From contig JBAZYG010000001.1 of NCBI GenBank assembly GCA_041659445.1, forward strand, positions 90,001 to 122,000: DNA of 32,000 bases, given 5' to 3'. The position numbers were made by a program, and so were the translations under genes. Position 1 is the stretch's first letter. The number at the start of each line of letters is the position of its first letter. The DNA is from Candidatus Saccharimonadota bacterium (GTDB taxonomy: Archaea > Nanobdellota > Nanobdellia > Pacearchaeales > GW2011-AR1). The notes below the pieces were generated by a model, which was given only the letters and a program-made list of their open reading frames with translations, ran no database searches and was not told the origin of the DNA. This document shows, one piece after another, positions 23,051 through 31,089 of this stretch.

Positions 23051-23623
23051 ATGGGATACTTAGAACAATATTTGCCAACTAATGCGCATGTGCCTGATTT
23101 TAAAAATTGGAAATGGGGTGGAGAAGGATTTGGTTTTGATATGAGCTTTTCTCCAAAAAGAGTTGGAGCTCTCACAACTACATATGTCATGGACAACGGG
23201 CTTTTGGCTAGAATGTTGGCTATTGACGGACCATTTAGATTTTTGAAAGGTGGTTGGAATAATTTAAAAGATTCAAGAAATGTTTATTTTATTGAACATT
23301 CTTTTTTTATAAATAAGGAATTGCAAGAATTGGGGGATTGGAGAATTAATGTTCCAAATCCAAAAGGATTGTTTTTAGTTTTAGGAAGAAGATTTAATCA
23401 TGTTTATCCTGCTTTTGTGATGGAAAATCTTTCAAATGATTTCTTTAGTTTACCTGAGAAAAAAAAAGAAAAAGTTTTAGAGACAAGAGATTATATGGTA
23501 GAAGCAGCAAAAGAACACGGATTTGTTCCTGGGGTTGGATCCGATAATTTGAATAATTTTTTATATAATAAAGATAAGGACAAGGTTTATTTGATTGGAT
23601 TTAGCACTTGGCAAAGAAAATAG
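23051..23623 (+). CDS. Hypothetical protein (190 aa)
   Basis: ORF starting 5 nt after the previous stop, so likely co-transcribed. No secure motif. Confidence 0.45.
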   Translation: MGYLEQYLPTNAHVPDFKNWKWGGEGFGFDMSFSPKRVGALTTTYVMDNGLLARMLAIDGPFRFLKGGWNNLKDSRNVYFIEHSFFINKELQELGDWRINVPNPKGLFLVLGRRFNHVYPAFVMENLSNDFFSLPEKKKEKVLETRDYMVEAAKEHGFVPGVGSDNLNNFLYNKDKDKVYLIGFSTWQRK

Positions 23624-23633
23624 ATTATAATAA

Positions 23634-23646
23634 TTTTTATAAATAG
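23634..23646 (+). promoter_or_regulatory. TATA-box-like element (TTTTTATAAATAG)
   Basis: Centred about 25 nt upstream of ATG 23665. Confidence 0.45.
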
Positions 23647-23664
23647 AAGATTTCTTGAATTTTA

Positions 23665-23907
23665 ATGAATTTGATTAGAAGATTTGATGAAAACGAAAGA
23701 ACAATTAAAAATTTGCTCGATGATTCTAGAATGTGTTTAAGAAAAAGGGAAAAATACCTTGTTTTTAGTAGTAATCTTTTTATTGCAGAAAGTATGTTAA
23801 AAGATTATTCTGGAAAACATAAAGATTATTTTATGAAGAAATTGAATAAATTGAAAGATGATGAAAAAACTTCTTTAGGTTATTTTCATTGTTATGACAT
23901 GCCTTAA
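23665..23907 (+). CDS. Hypothetical protein (80 aa)
   Basis: ORF with a canonical TATA box. Its stop overlaps the map stop in TTAA. Confidence 0.4.
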   Translation: MNLIRRFDENERTIKNLLDDSRMCLRKREKYLVFSSNLFIAESMLKDYSGKHKDYFMKKLNKLKDDEKTSLGYFHCYDMP

Positions 23908-24797
23908 TCTTCTTTTGTTGTGATTGTGACTTTATCTTTTTCAATTAAAAAAGTATTTTCTGCTTGTGAAACAATTCCTTTTGAAACTTCAACTAATTGT
24001 GAAAATTGAAATAAAATTCCTTCATTTTCTAATTGTTTTAATCCAATCAATGCTTTTGTTCCAAATTTTTTAATCAACCATCTTGAACAAAAAGGCAACG
24101 TAGAATACTCTTCAACAACATAATCCAAAATTTCTCTTGATAAAGGACTTCTTGAATTTTTCAAATTTGATAATTCATAAATTCCAGAGGGTTTTCCGTC
24201 GTGAATTTTTCCAGAACCGTTTGTTGCAAAAGGTTCAACTGCAAACAAGCCTGTTTCTAATTTAATATTTGAATTATTATTTACATTTGGTATTGTAATT
24301 CCTGCATGCAGTTTTTCTTTTTCCATTGAATGTCCGCTTAAATTTACTATTGGATTAAATCCTTTTGAATTGATTGAATTTTCAATAGTTTTTCCTATTT
24401 CTGAAAGTGTTGAATTTTTGTTTATAATTTTTTCAACATTTGTCAACGCCAATTTTGAAGCTTCTATTAATTTTTTGTTTAATTCAGAATTTTCTAAGTC
24501 AACTGAGAAAGCAGTGTCTGCAAGCCAACCGTTTATTTGAACTCCAATATCTATTTTTAGCAAACCGCAAGCTTTTGTTTCATCGTTATATAACGGAGTG
24601 TAATGTGCTGCAATTTCATTTATTGAAAGATTTGTTGGAAATGCAGGTTTTGCTCCTAATTCATAAATTTTATTTTCAATTTTTTCTGCAATTTCAAGTA
24701 AAGGAACATCTTTTTTAGCAATAGCTCTTGCATATTCTTTTATTTTTTTTGAAATTTCTCCTGCATTTATTATATCTAATGTTTGTTTTGAATTCAT
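23904..24797 (-). CDS. map: Methionine aminopeptidase, type 2 (archaeal)
   Basis: 297 aa. AAHYTP, KIDIGVQINGWLADTAFSV, SGHSM, AVEPFATNG and QAENTFLI match the pita-bread-fold metal ligands and spacing of MetAP2. Confidence 0.88.
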   Translation of the reverse strand: MNSKQTLDIINAGEISKKIKEYARAIAKKDVPLLEIAEKIENKIYELGAKPAFPTNLSINEIAAHYTPLYNDETKACGLLKIDIGVQINGWLADTAFSVDLENSELNKKLIEASKLALTNVEKIINKNSTLSEIGKTIENSINSKGFNPIVNLSGHSMEKEKLHAGITIPNVNNNSNIKLETGLFAVEPFATNGSGKIHDGKPSGIYELSNLKNSRSPLSREILDYVVEEYSTLPFCSRWLIKKFGTKALIGLKQLENEGILFQFSQLVEVSKGIVSQAENTFLIEKDKVTITTKED

Positions 24798-24798
24798 G

Positions 24799-25509
24799 TT
24801 AATTATTAATAGATTGAATTGGTTTTAAGGGTTTTGATTTTTTTAAGTTATTAATATAATTATATATTAAATCCAAAGCACCATTTATTTTTATTACTCT
24901 ATCAGTTAAATTATTCATTCCTCCTTGTTCGAATCCAATAAGTTCTCCATTTGGTGAGATTAAAATTCCTCCAGAATCTCCAGGTTCTCCAATGTTATTT
25001 ATACTAAAATAATTTTTTGAATTTATTTCATCTTTTTTGTAATCCCTTTTATCAATTAACCCATATTTTTTATGTATCTTTCCTTTTTTTATAGTTGTTA
25101 GTTGAAAAGGAATATTTTGTAAAACATTTGTATTATAGAAATTATATATCTTTGGATTAAAATTTTTTGAATATTCTAATTTAGCAAGAATTAAATCGTC
25201 TTCAATATTTTCTTCACAAATTTGATATTCATTAAATGCTCTTCCATTTTGTATTTTTATTATTTTATTTTTAAATTTATTAATTAAGCAATGTCTTGTT
25301 GTGAGAAAATATCCATTTTCTGTAATTAATAGTCCATTTCCTAAATGATCTCCTGAATACATAATCTCAATTAAGTTATTTTCAAGGTTTTTTTTAGATT
25401 CTCCTGGAGAAACAAGATTCCAATTCATTCTGATAAATCTTTCAAGAACATCTATGTTTGCTTTTCTTTCTAATTTCTTTTTATTAAAAAATTTATCAAG
25501 ATACTTCAT
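24799..25509 (-). CDS. Trypsin-like (chymotrypsin-fold) serine protease, no signal peptide
   Basis: 236 aa. Catalytic triad contexts TTRHC (His), DDLILAKL (Asp) and GDSGGILISPNGELIGF (Ser). Ends 1 nt before the map start. Confidence 0.7.
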   Translation of the reverse strand: MKYLDKFFNKKKLERKANIDVLERFIRMNWNLVSPGESKKNLENNLIEIMYSGDHLGNGLLITENGYFLTTRHCLINKFKNKIIKIQNGRAFNEYQICEENIEDDLILAKLEYSKNFNPKIYNFYNTNVLQNIPFQLTTIKKGKIHKKYGLIDKRDYKKDEINSKNYFSINNIGEPGDSGGILISPNGELIGFEQGGMNNLTDRVIKINGALDLIYNYINNLKKSKPLKPIQSINN

Positions 25510-25560
25510 AATATTCTTTTTTTAGAGTAGTTTATAAAACTTTCTTTAAGAAATAATTTT

Positions 25561-26031
25561 TTAATTTCCCTTATTTTTTAATCTTCGCATTTTTGGTATG
25601 AAGTTTGTTATTTTTTCTTCAGAAGCTTTTCCACAACCTAAAAAATAATCTTGGTGTTTTATTACTACAATTCCTTTTTCATTTGTTTTTATATCTAATT
25701 CATTTCCAGACATCCAACTTGTCATTTGTTCTTCATTGATTTCTATTATTCTTTTTTTTATTTGATTTTTAAGCAATTGAGTTCCTTCAATAGATAATCT
25801 AAATTCAGAAGTTGGTTCAAATTCTTTTCCAAAATAAACTCCAATTTTGTCTATCTTTAAAATGCCTTTAAGTTTGAATAAATCTTCTTTTGAATATTTT
25901 CCTTGAAATAAGTAAAATCTTTCTTTTCCAATTTGAATTATTTCTCCGTTAATATCTGTAATTCCAAATTGATAATTTAATCTTTTCAAAAAATTTTCTT
26001 TTTCTTTTTTGTTTAGTATGTTTAGTTCCAT
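25561..26031 (-). CDS. Stand-alone RsmF-type C-terminal module (pre-PUA plus PUA-like RNA-binding domain)
   Basis: 156 aa. EINEEQMTSWMSGNELDIKTNEKGIVVIKHQDYFLGCGKASEEKITNFIPKMRRL parallels the C-terminus of E. coli RsmF/YebU as I recall it (ELTPQEAEEWYRG.D......VLVTFQHQPIGLAKR.GSRLKNSYPRELVR). Confidence 0.55.
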   Translation of the reverse strand: MELNILNKKEKENFLKRLNYQFGITDINGEIIQIGKERFYLFQGKYSKEDLFKLKGILKIDKIGVYFGKEFEPTSEFRLSIEGTQLLKNQIKKRIIEINEEQMTSWMSGNELDIKTNEKGIVVIKHQDYFLGCGKASEEKITNFIPKMRRLKNKGN

Positions 26032-26231
26032 TTTGTTTTTTTCTTTTGTTTAATTAATATGAAAATAATTATTAAAAATAAATATATCAAAAGTAAATAA
26101 AGTCCTCCAAACAAAAGAGTTTTAGCAATTGCTTGTGCTACATTAATTGTTAATTTAAATCTAATAAACCAAAATACTTCCCAAATTACTAATATAATTC
26201 CGGGAATTAACCAGTATTTTATGTTTTTCAT
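26022..26231 (-). CDS. Small two-TM membrane protein (69 aa)
   Basis: Two clear hydrophobic helices and a basic tail. Its start overlaps the upstream gene stop by 4 nt, and its end overlaps the next start by 10 nt. Confidence 0.45.
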   Translation of the reverse strand: MKNIKYWLIPGIILVIWEVFWFIRFKLTINVAQAIAKTLLFGGLYLLLIYLFLIIIFILIKQKKKTKWN

Positions 26232-26998
26232 TTTGATACACCATAAACGACTGAAGATACTTTTGAAGGATCTTTTGTTTTTATTTCGTCTTTATAATTT
26301 GTTAATCTTATTGATAAGATTTTTATTTTTAATCTTTTTCCAAGAAGTTCACTAGTAATTATTGAGGTGGCTATGTGGTCTCCATGTATTTTAAGGCAAT
26401 CTTTAAAAAATTTAAGATAATCTTTTTTTTCATAACAAAATTTGAGATTTTTGATAATTCTCTTCTTTATAAATTTCAATTTATCAGGGCTTCCAACATT
26501 GTGCATAATATCCCCTGTTATTATCAATGCAGTTTTTGAATCTATTCCTTTTTTTAGTTTTTTAGATTGCTCTTTCAATTTCTTAATATAATTTAAAATA
26601 TTCTTTTCTGTTCTTTTTTTAATCATTTTTTCATGAAAAATCTTTTTTATCTTTAAATGTGGAAGATTATTTTCTTTTGTAAAGGTTTTTGAAATAGCTA
26701 TAAAATTATCTAATGAAAATTCTTCTTTTTCTGAATTTTTTTCAAGTCCGTGAAGAACCCCTATTAATACTATTTTTTCTTTTTTAAGTTTATAAATTGA
26801 AGTTAAAATTTCCAATATTGGCTTTAAACTATGAATTAATTTTGTATGGGGAAATGAAACAACGCCCTTATCTAATAATCTATCTATCTCCTTTGAAGTT
26901 TTTCTTTTGTTCCAATATGCTCTTGAAAGATATTTTATTTCTTCTTCTTTTGCATTTCTTTCATTTTTATAAAATTTTTTCCATTCTTTAATCTTCAT
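26228..26998 (-). CDS. Hypothetical protein (256 aa) with several His-containing motifs
   Basis: The ORF starts 1 nt after the methyltransferase stop. FPHT, VLHGL, TGDIMHNVG and HGDHIA hint at a metal-dependent enzyme, but no family was recognised. Confidence 0.5.
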   Translation of the reverse strand: MKIKEWKKFYKNERNAKEEEIKYLSRAYWNKRKTSKEIDRLLDKGVVSFPHTKLIHSLKPILEILTSIYKLKKEKIVLIGVLHGLEKNSEKEEFSLDNFIAISKTFTKENNLPHLKIKKIFHEKMIKKRTEKNILNYIKKLKEQSKKLKKGIDSKTALIITGDIMHNVGSPDKLKFIKKRIIKNLKFCYEKKDYLKFFKDCLKIHGDHIATSIITSELLGKRLKIKILSIRLTNYKDEIKTKDPSKVSSVVYGVSK

Positions 26999-26999
26999 T

Positions 27000-27956
27000 T
27001 TATTCTTTCACCTTTTTAAATTTAACAAGAAAAAAACCTTCTGTATCATTGTCTTGTGGATGAATTCTGCAAGCATTTTCTGTATCTTGATACTCTTTTT
27101 TATCCCAAGAATTCAAAGGTTTTCTGCATTTTACAGGTAATTTTATTTTTTCTACTTGAATTTGATTTGGAAATTCTTTTAATAAAAAATCAATAATTTC
27201 TTCGTTTTCTTCTGGAGCATGAGTACACGTTGAATAAATTAATTCTCCATTTAATTTTAAAATTTCAAGAGAACTTTTAATTAATTTTTTTTGCAATTTT
27301 GAATGGGCTATTATTGTTTTTGGATTCCACATTATTGCTGTTTTTGGACTAGATCTCAAAGTTCCTTCACCAGAGCAGGGAGCGTCTACTAAAATTTTGT
27401 CAAAGAATATTTTTTGTTGTTTTAACTTTTCACAAAGTCTAATTCCGTCTTCTCTTGTTATTATTGTATTTGAAACTCCACATCTTTCTAAATTTGTCGA
27501 GAGTATATTTATTCTTGGAGGTTTTGGTTCATTCGCAATTATTAATCCTGTATTGTTCATTTCGCTTGCTATTTGTGTTGTTTTACTTCCTGGAGAAGCA
27601 CATAAATCTAAAATTACTTCATTTTTTTTTGGTTTTAATGCAATGATTGGGAGCATACTTGCTAATTCTTGAATATAATAATATCCTAACATGTGTTCAA
27701 TGCTTTTTCCAAGTTCACCTGGTTTTAATTCTGATTCAATAATCATTACTTCTGGATTTTCTGGCCAAGGCTGAGAAATTTTCCAAGATTTTTTTTCAAG
27801 TTGTTTTTTTAATTCTTGAGGTGAAATTTTTATTTTATTGCATCTAATTGATCTTTTTATTTCTTTATCTAAAATTTCCAAATAATTTTCATAATCTTCT
27901 TTGTTTGAAGATATTTTTTTCATTCTTTCAAGAAATTCTGGTTTTAGGGATTTCAT
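27000..27956 (-). CDS. NOL1/NOP2/Sun (RsmB/RsmF/Trm4) family RNA cytosine-C5 methyltransferase, catalytic core only
   Basis: 318 aa. SAM motif I DLCASPGSKTTQIA, motif IV DKILVDAPCSGEGTLR (catalytic Pro-Cys), motif VI LIYSTCT (Thr-Cys). Confidence 0.85.
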   Translation of the reverse strand: MKSLKPEFLERMKKISSNKEDYENYLEILDKEIKRSIRCNKIKISPQELKKQLEKKSWKISQPWPENPEVMIIESELKPGELGKSIEHMLGYYYIQELASMLPIIALKPKKNEVILDLCASPGSKTTQIASEMNNTGLIIANEPKPPRINILSTNLERCGVSNTIITREDGIRLCEKLKQQKIFFDKILVDAPCSGEGTLRSSPKTAIMWNPKTIIAHSKLQKKLIKSSLEILKLNGELIYSTCTHAPEENEEIIDFLLKEFPNQIQVEKIKLPVKCRKPLNSWDKKEYQDTENACRIHPQDNDTEGFFLVKFKKVKE

Positions 27957-28007
27957 ATATCTTTGAGAACAATAATTCTTTTAAAGGTGTTTATTTTTAC
28001 ATTTTTG

Positions 28008-28532
28008 ATGTTAAAAACAAAGATTGTTCCTGCAATTGATGAAAAAACAAGAAAATATCTTAATTCATATTTAGATCAAAATTTTAAGGTTATGCATAGT
28101 GATAATCCCGAAGTTATTGTTTCTGAAATTTTGAATGATAAAGATTTAAATTTATTTTTATTTTCTTATTTGCCTAAGGATAATGGAGTTTATTTAGGAA
28201 GAACAGAATATTTTGATCAACCTGTTAGAGTTTATGTTCATTATGGTTTAACAGTAAATTTTGAAGATGACTTTATAAGAAGAGCTAAACTTTTTTTGAA
28301 ACAATCTTTTGAAGAATCTCCTGCATTTATGAAAGAAAATCCAAAAGATTTCTTTTTTCGAAAACCATTGTTAACATCTTCTTTTCCTGAAGAAGAACGT
28401 TATCTTAGAGCAGTTGCTTATGAAAACTTTCAAGGTTGGCCAACTCTTGATAAATTTTTAGAAGAAGTTAATTTAGCATTTTCTTCAAATGATGAATTTA
28501 GAAAAAGAGTGTATCCTTTAAAATTCACCTAA
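28008..28532 (+). CDS. Hypothetical protein (174 aa)
   Basis: The track ORF begins at a TTG (27963). The first ATG is 28008 (MLKTKIVPAIDE...), which leaves a divergent promoter gap to the methyltransferase gene. The 3' end overlaps polB convergently by 15 nt. Confidence 0.45.
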   Translation: MLKTKIVPAIDEKTRKYLNSYLDQNFKVMHSDNPEVIVSEILNDKDLNLFLFSYLPKDNGVYLGRTEYFDQPVRVYVHYGLTVNFEDDFIRRAKLFLKQSFEESPAFMKENPKDFFFRKPLLTSSFPEEERYLRAVAYENFQGWPTLDKFLEEVNLAFSSNDEFRKRVYPLKFT

Positions 28533-30974
28533 AGTCATTTGACGTTTTCCTTCTATTGCTTCATTAATGTCTATTTTGAAAACTTCAAATATATTTTCAA
28601 TTGATGGAAGTATTTGATGTTTTAAATAATAATCTTTGTCATAATCTCCATTTTCATCTGAAAGTTTGACTTTATCTCGAATTAATTTTGATTTTGAATT
28701 TGTTTCTGCAATGAAATATTCTAAAAGCATCCCGATATTAATTGGTTCTTGTCTTTCTTTTATTTTTTTAGCTGCAATTACATGAGGTGTTATTGATTTA
28801 TATTCCTCTATTGGTTTTTTTAATTGCGTTCTTATTAAAATATCTTTTTTGTTTACTTTTCTTTCTTTTAAATCTTTGATTGTTTTTTTTACTAACTGAA
28901 GCGCTGATTCCTCATTTCCATTTTTTAATATTAATTCAATAACTTTACTTTGTAGATTTCTCGATAAATCACACCAATCTCTTCTTACTGTTTCAAATCC
29001 ACGAATTTTCATCTCGTTTTTTTCATTAATTAGGGCATATTTCTTTTTTGCTCCTACTTCTGTTGTTCTTTTTGAAACAAACAATCCTCTTTTATAAAAA
29101 TCTTCTAATTCTAATTCCATTATTCCTGGAAGTTCTGAATTTATTTTTTTCAGTAACTCTAAAACTTGTTTTTTATTTTTTTTACCAATTGTAAAAGCAA
29201 TGCTATCTGTGTCCCCATAAATTACAGAATATCCTTCTTTGCTTACTTTTTCAATTATTTCTTTGTTTAATTTTCTTACAAAAGCCAAAATCGATGCAGA
29301 AGATTCTAGGGAATAATATCTTGCACCGAAAAAACCGACGTAACCATGTATTGACGCAGATAATAATTTGAAGGCATTGCTTCTTGCTTTTGTTATTGGG
29401 TTTGGGTTTTCTTTGTATTCTTTTTTGTATCTTTTTCTTTTTTCAAATATATCTTTTACAATTAATGGAAAAAATCCAGGTTCTTTAGAAAAATAAAATT
29501 TTGTTTTTTTCTCATCAAAATCTAATTCAGGAGATTCATAAGAATTTTTTTCTTTTTTATTCAATAACGTTCCTTTAGAAATGTTAAATGAAATAATTAT
29601 ACTTGTATGCATGCTTGTAAAATCAAAAAATGCAATGTCTTCGTAAAGTCCTGGTTTAGGTTGAAAAACAAAAGCACCTTCGACAGATTTTTTATCTCTT
29701 CTATTTTCAATTTCTCCATGAATAGGTCTTTTTTCTGCTATTTCGTTAAATTTTTCCAAATTATGAAGAATATAACTTTCAACTATTTGGGACAATCCAT
29801 CTCTTGTTATGTCAAATATAGGTTCTTGTAAAATTAAAGTAAATTCTTCAATATCCTTCCATAATTTTTTTGTCAAATTTAATGTTAAAACTGAATCATG
29901 CAAATTGTATTCGTAAAAGCTTTTCCATTCTTCGTCTTTTATTTTGTGGGATTTTTTAAATTCAAAATCTTTTTTTCCTTCTCCAAGTAATTCATTTGCA
30001 ACATCATTTAACCCCAAAGTTTCAGATTGTAAATATTGACTATAAATTGTTTCAATGAATCTGAATAAATCCAAGTGAACAATTCCAGAAATATATCCTT
30101 TTGAAATTTTTCCTCTGCTAAATATTGGTTGACTTCCGTCAATTCCCAAAGAAAGTTTTATTTTATTTTTTTCACATCTTGCTCTTAAATAAGGTAAATC
30201 AAATCCATCTGAAAAATATCCGACTAAAATGTCAGGGTCTTCTTTTTTAACATATTCTATAAATTTTTTTAACATTTCTTCTTCATTTTTGAAATGTTCT
30301 ACAAAATCCAATTTATCTGAATTTTTTTTCCAAGTCAAAACTTTTTTTGTTTTATCTGAAACCAAAGAAATCATTAAAATTTCACCTTTTCCGATTTCAA
30401 GTTCATCTGCTTCGATATCATAAGCTAAAATTTTTGGAGTAAATTCAGTTTTTGAATCTTTTATTTCTTCTATTTTATCAGCAAGAATGCAAATTTCTGA
30501 AATGTTATTTGCTCCTGCTAAATCTGTTAAATTTCCTTTAATTTTGTATTCTTTCAATGGAGCAATTTTTTTTTCTAAAATATATTTTGTAATTACAGGA
30601 ATGTCATATTCTCTTCTGAATTCTATTTCTGGGAAATCTAGTTTTTCTGCAACTGCGTGAGCATCTTTATAATTTGTTACAAAAATTTTTAAAGCTTTTA
30701 CTTTTTTTCCAAGAAAATTTTTGTTGTGTAATTCAACTTTTTCTACTTTTGTGTTTCTTATTTGAGACTCAATTTCAATTTTTTTAATTTTCTCTATAAT
30801 TTCTTTAATTTTTTTATCTGAAATTTTGTCTTTTAAAATTGCCCAAAAATGTGATTCAAATTTATCAAGAATGCAAATTTTTTGCCCGTGTTCATTTCTT
30901 CCTATTATTCTAACATAATTTTCTCCTTGAAAATCAAAATAATTATAGTCTATGGGTATGAATTTTGTTTCCAT
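28518..30974 (-). CDS. polB: Family-B DNA polymerase (PolB), no intein
   Basis: 818 aa. Exo I YDIEAD, Exo II YFSDGFDLPYL, Exo III YNLHDSV. Pol motif A DFTSMHTSII, motif B KLLSASIHGYVGF, motif C YGDTDS, and KKKYA. C-terminal QMTLGEF is PIP-like. Confidence 0.92.
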   Translation of the reverse strand: METKFIPIDYNYFDFQGENYVRIIGRNEHGQKICILDKFESHFWAILKDKISDKKIKEIIEKIKKIEIESQIRNTKVEKVELHNKNFLGKKVKALKIFVTNYKDAHAVAEKLDFPEIEFRREYDIPVITKYILEKKIAPLKEYKIKGNLTDLAGANNISEICILADKIEEIKDSKTEFTPKILAYDIEADELEIGKGEILMISLVSDKTKKVLTWKKNSDKLDFVEHFKNEEEMLKKFIEYVKKEDPDILVGYFSDGFDLPYLRARCEKNKIKLSLGIDGSQPIFSRGKISKGYISGIVHLDLFRFIETIYSQYLQSETLGLNDVANELLGEGKKDFEFKKSHKIKDEEWKSFYEYNLHDSVLTLNLTKKLWKDIEEFTLILQEPIFDITRDGLSQIVESYILHNLEKFNEIAEKRPIHGEIENRRDKKSVEGAFVFQPKPGLYEDIAFFDFTSMHTSIIISFNISKGTLLNKKEKNSYESPELDFDEKKTKFYFSKEPGFFPLIVKDIFEKRKRYKKEYKENPNPITKARSNAFKLLSASIHGYVGFFGARYYSLESSASILAFVRKLNKEIIEKVSKEGYSVIYGDTDSIAFTIGKKNKKQVLELLKKINSELPGIMELELEDFYKRGLFVSKRTTEVGAKKKYALINEKNEMKIRGFETVRRDWCDLSRNLQSKVIELILKNGNEESALQLVKKTIKDLKERKVNKKDILIRTQLKKPIEEYKSITPHVIAAKKIKERQEPINIGMLLEYFIAETNSKSKLIRDKVKLSDENGDYDKDYYLKHQILPSIENIFEVFKIDINEAIEGKRQMTLGEF

Positions 30975-30994
30975 ATTTTTTTGAAGATATTTTG

Positions 30995-31005
30995 TTATTT
31001 AAACC
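30995..31005 (-). promoter_or_regulatory. TATA-box-like element (minus strand GGTTTAAATAA)
   Basis: Centred about 26 nt upstream of the polB ATG (30974). Confidence 0.45.
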
Positions 31006-31089
31006 TATATTCCTCTTCAATTTTAATTCATTTCAAATGATAAAAACATACATTTATATACCTCTTAAGGTATCCTTTGTCACTTAAAA

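Noticed and set aside
23051-23623. Kinase-like reading of the 190-aa protein (GGEGFGF as a Gly-loop; VGSDNLNNFLY...VYLIGF as catalytic loop and DFG)
   Set aside because: The spacing loosely resembles RIO/Bud32-type kinases, but the catalytic Asp and the metal-binding Asp positions are not matched (S and G instead). This is too weak to call, so it is left as hypothetical.
26228-26998. Memo/class-III extradiol-dioxygenase-like assignment for the 256-aa operon protein
   Set aside because: It rests only on scattered His motifs (FPHT, LHGL, GDIMH, HGDH). I cannot align them confidently to that family from memory.
27963-28007. TTG start for the 189-aa track ORF
   Set aside because: The first ATG (28008) gives a normal divergent promoter gap to the methyltransferase gene, and all other genes here use ATG.
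28518-30974. Inteins in polB (and in cdc48 or radB)
   Set aside because: The polymerase motifs A, B and C, and the Walker motifs, are contiguous at normal spacing. No Cys/Ser...HN splice-junction blocks or homing-endonuclease segments are present.
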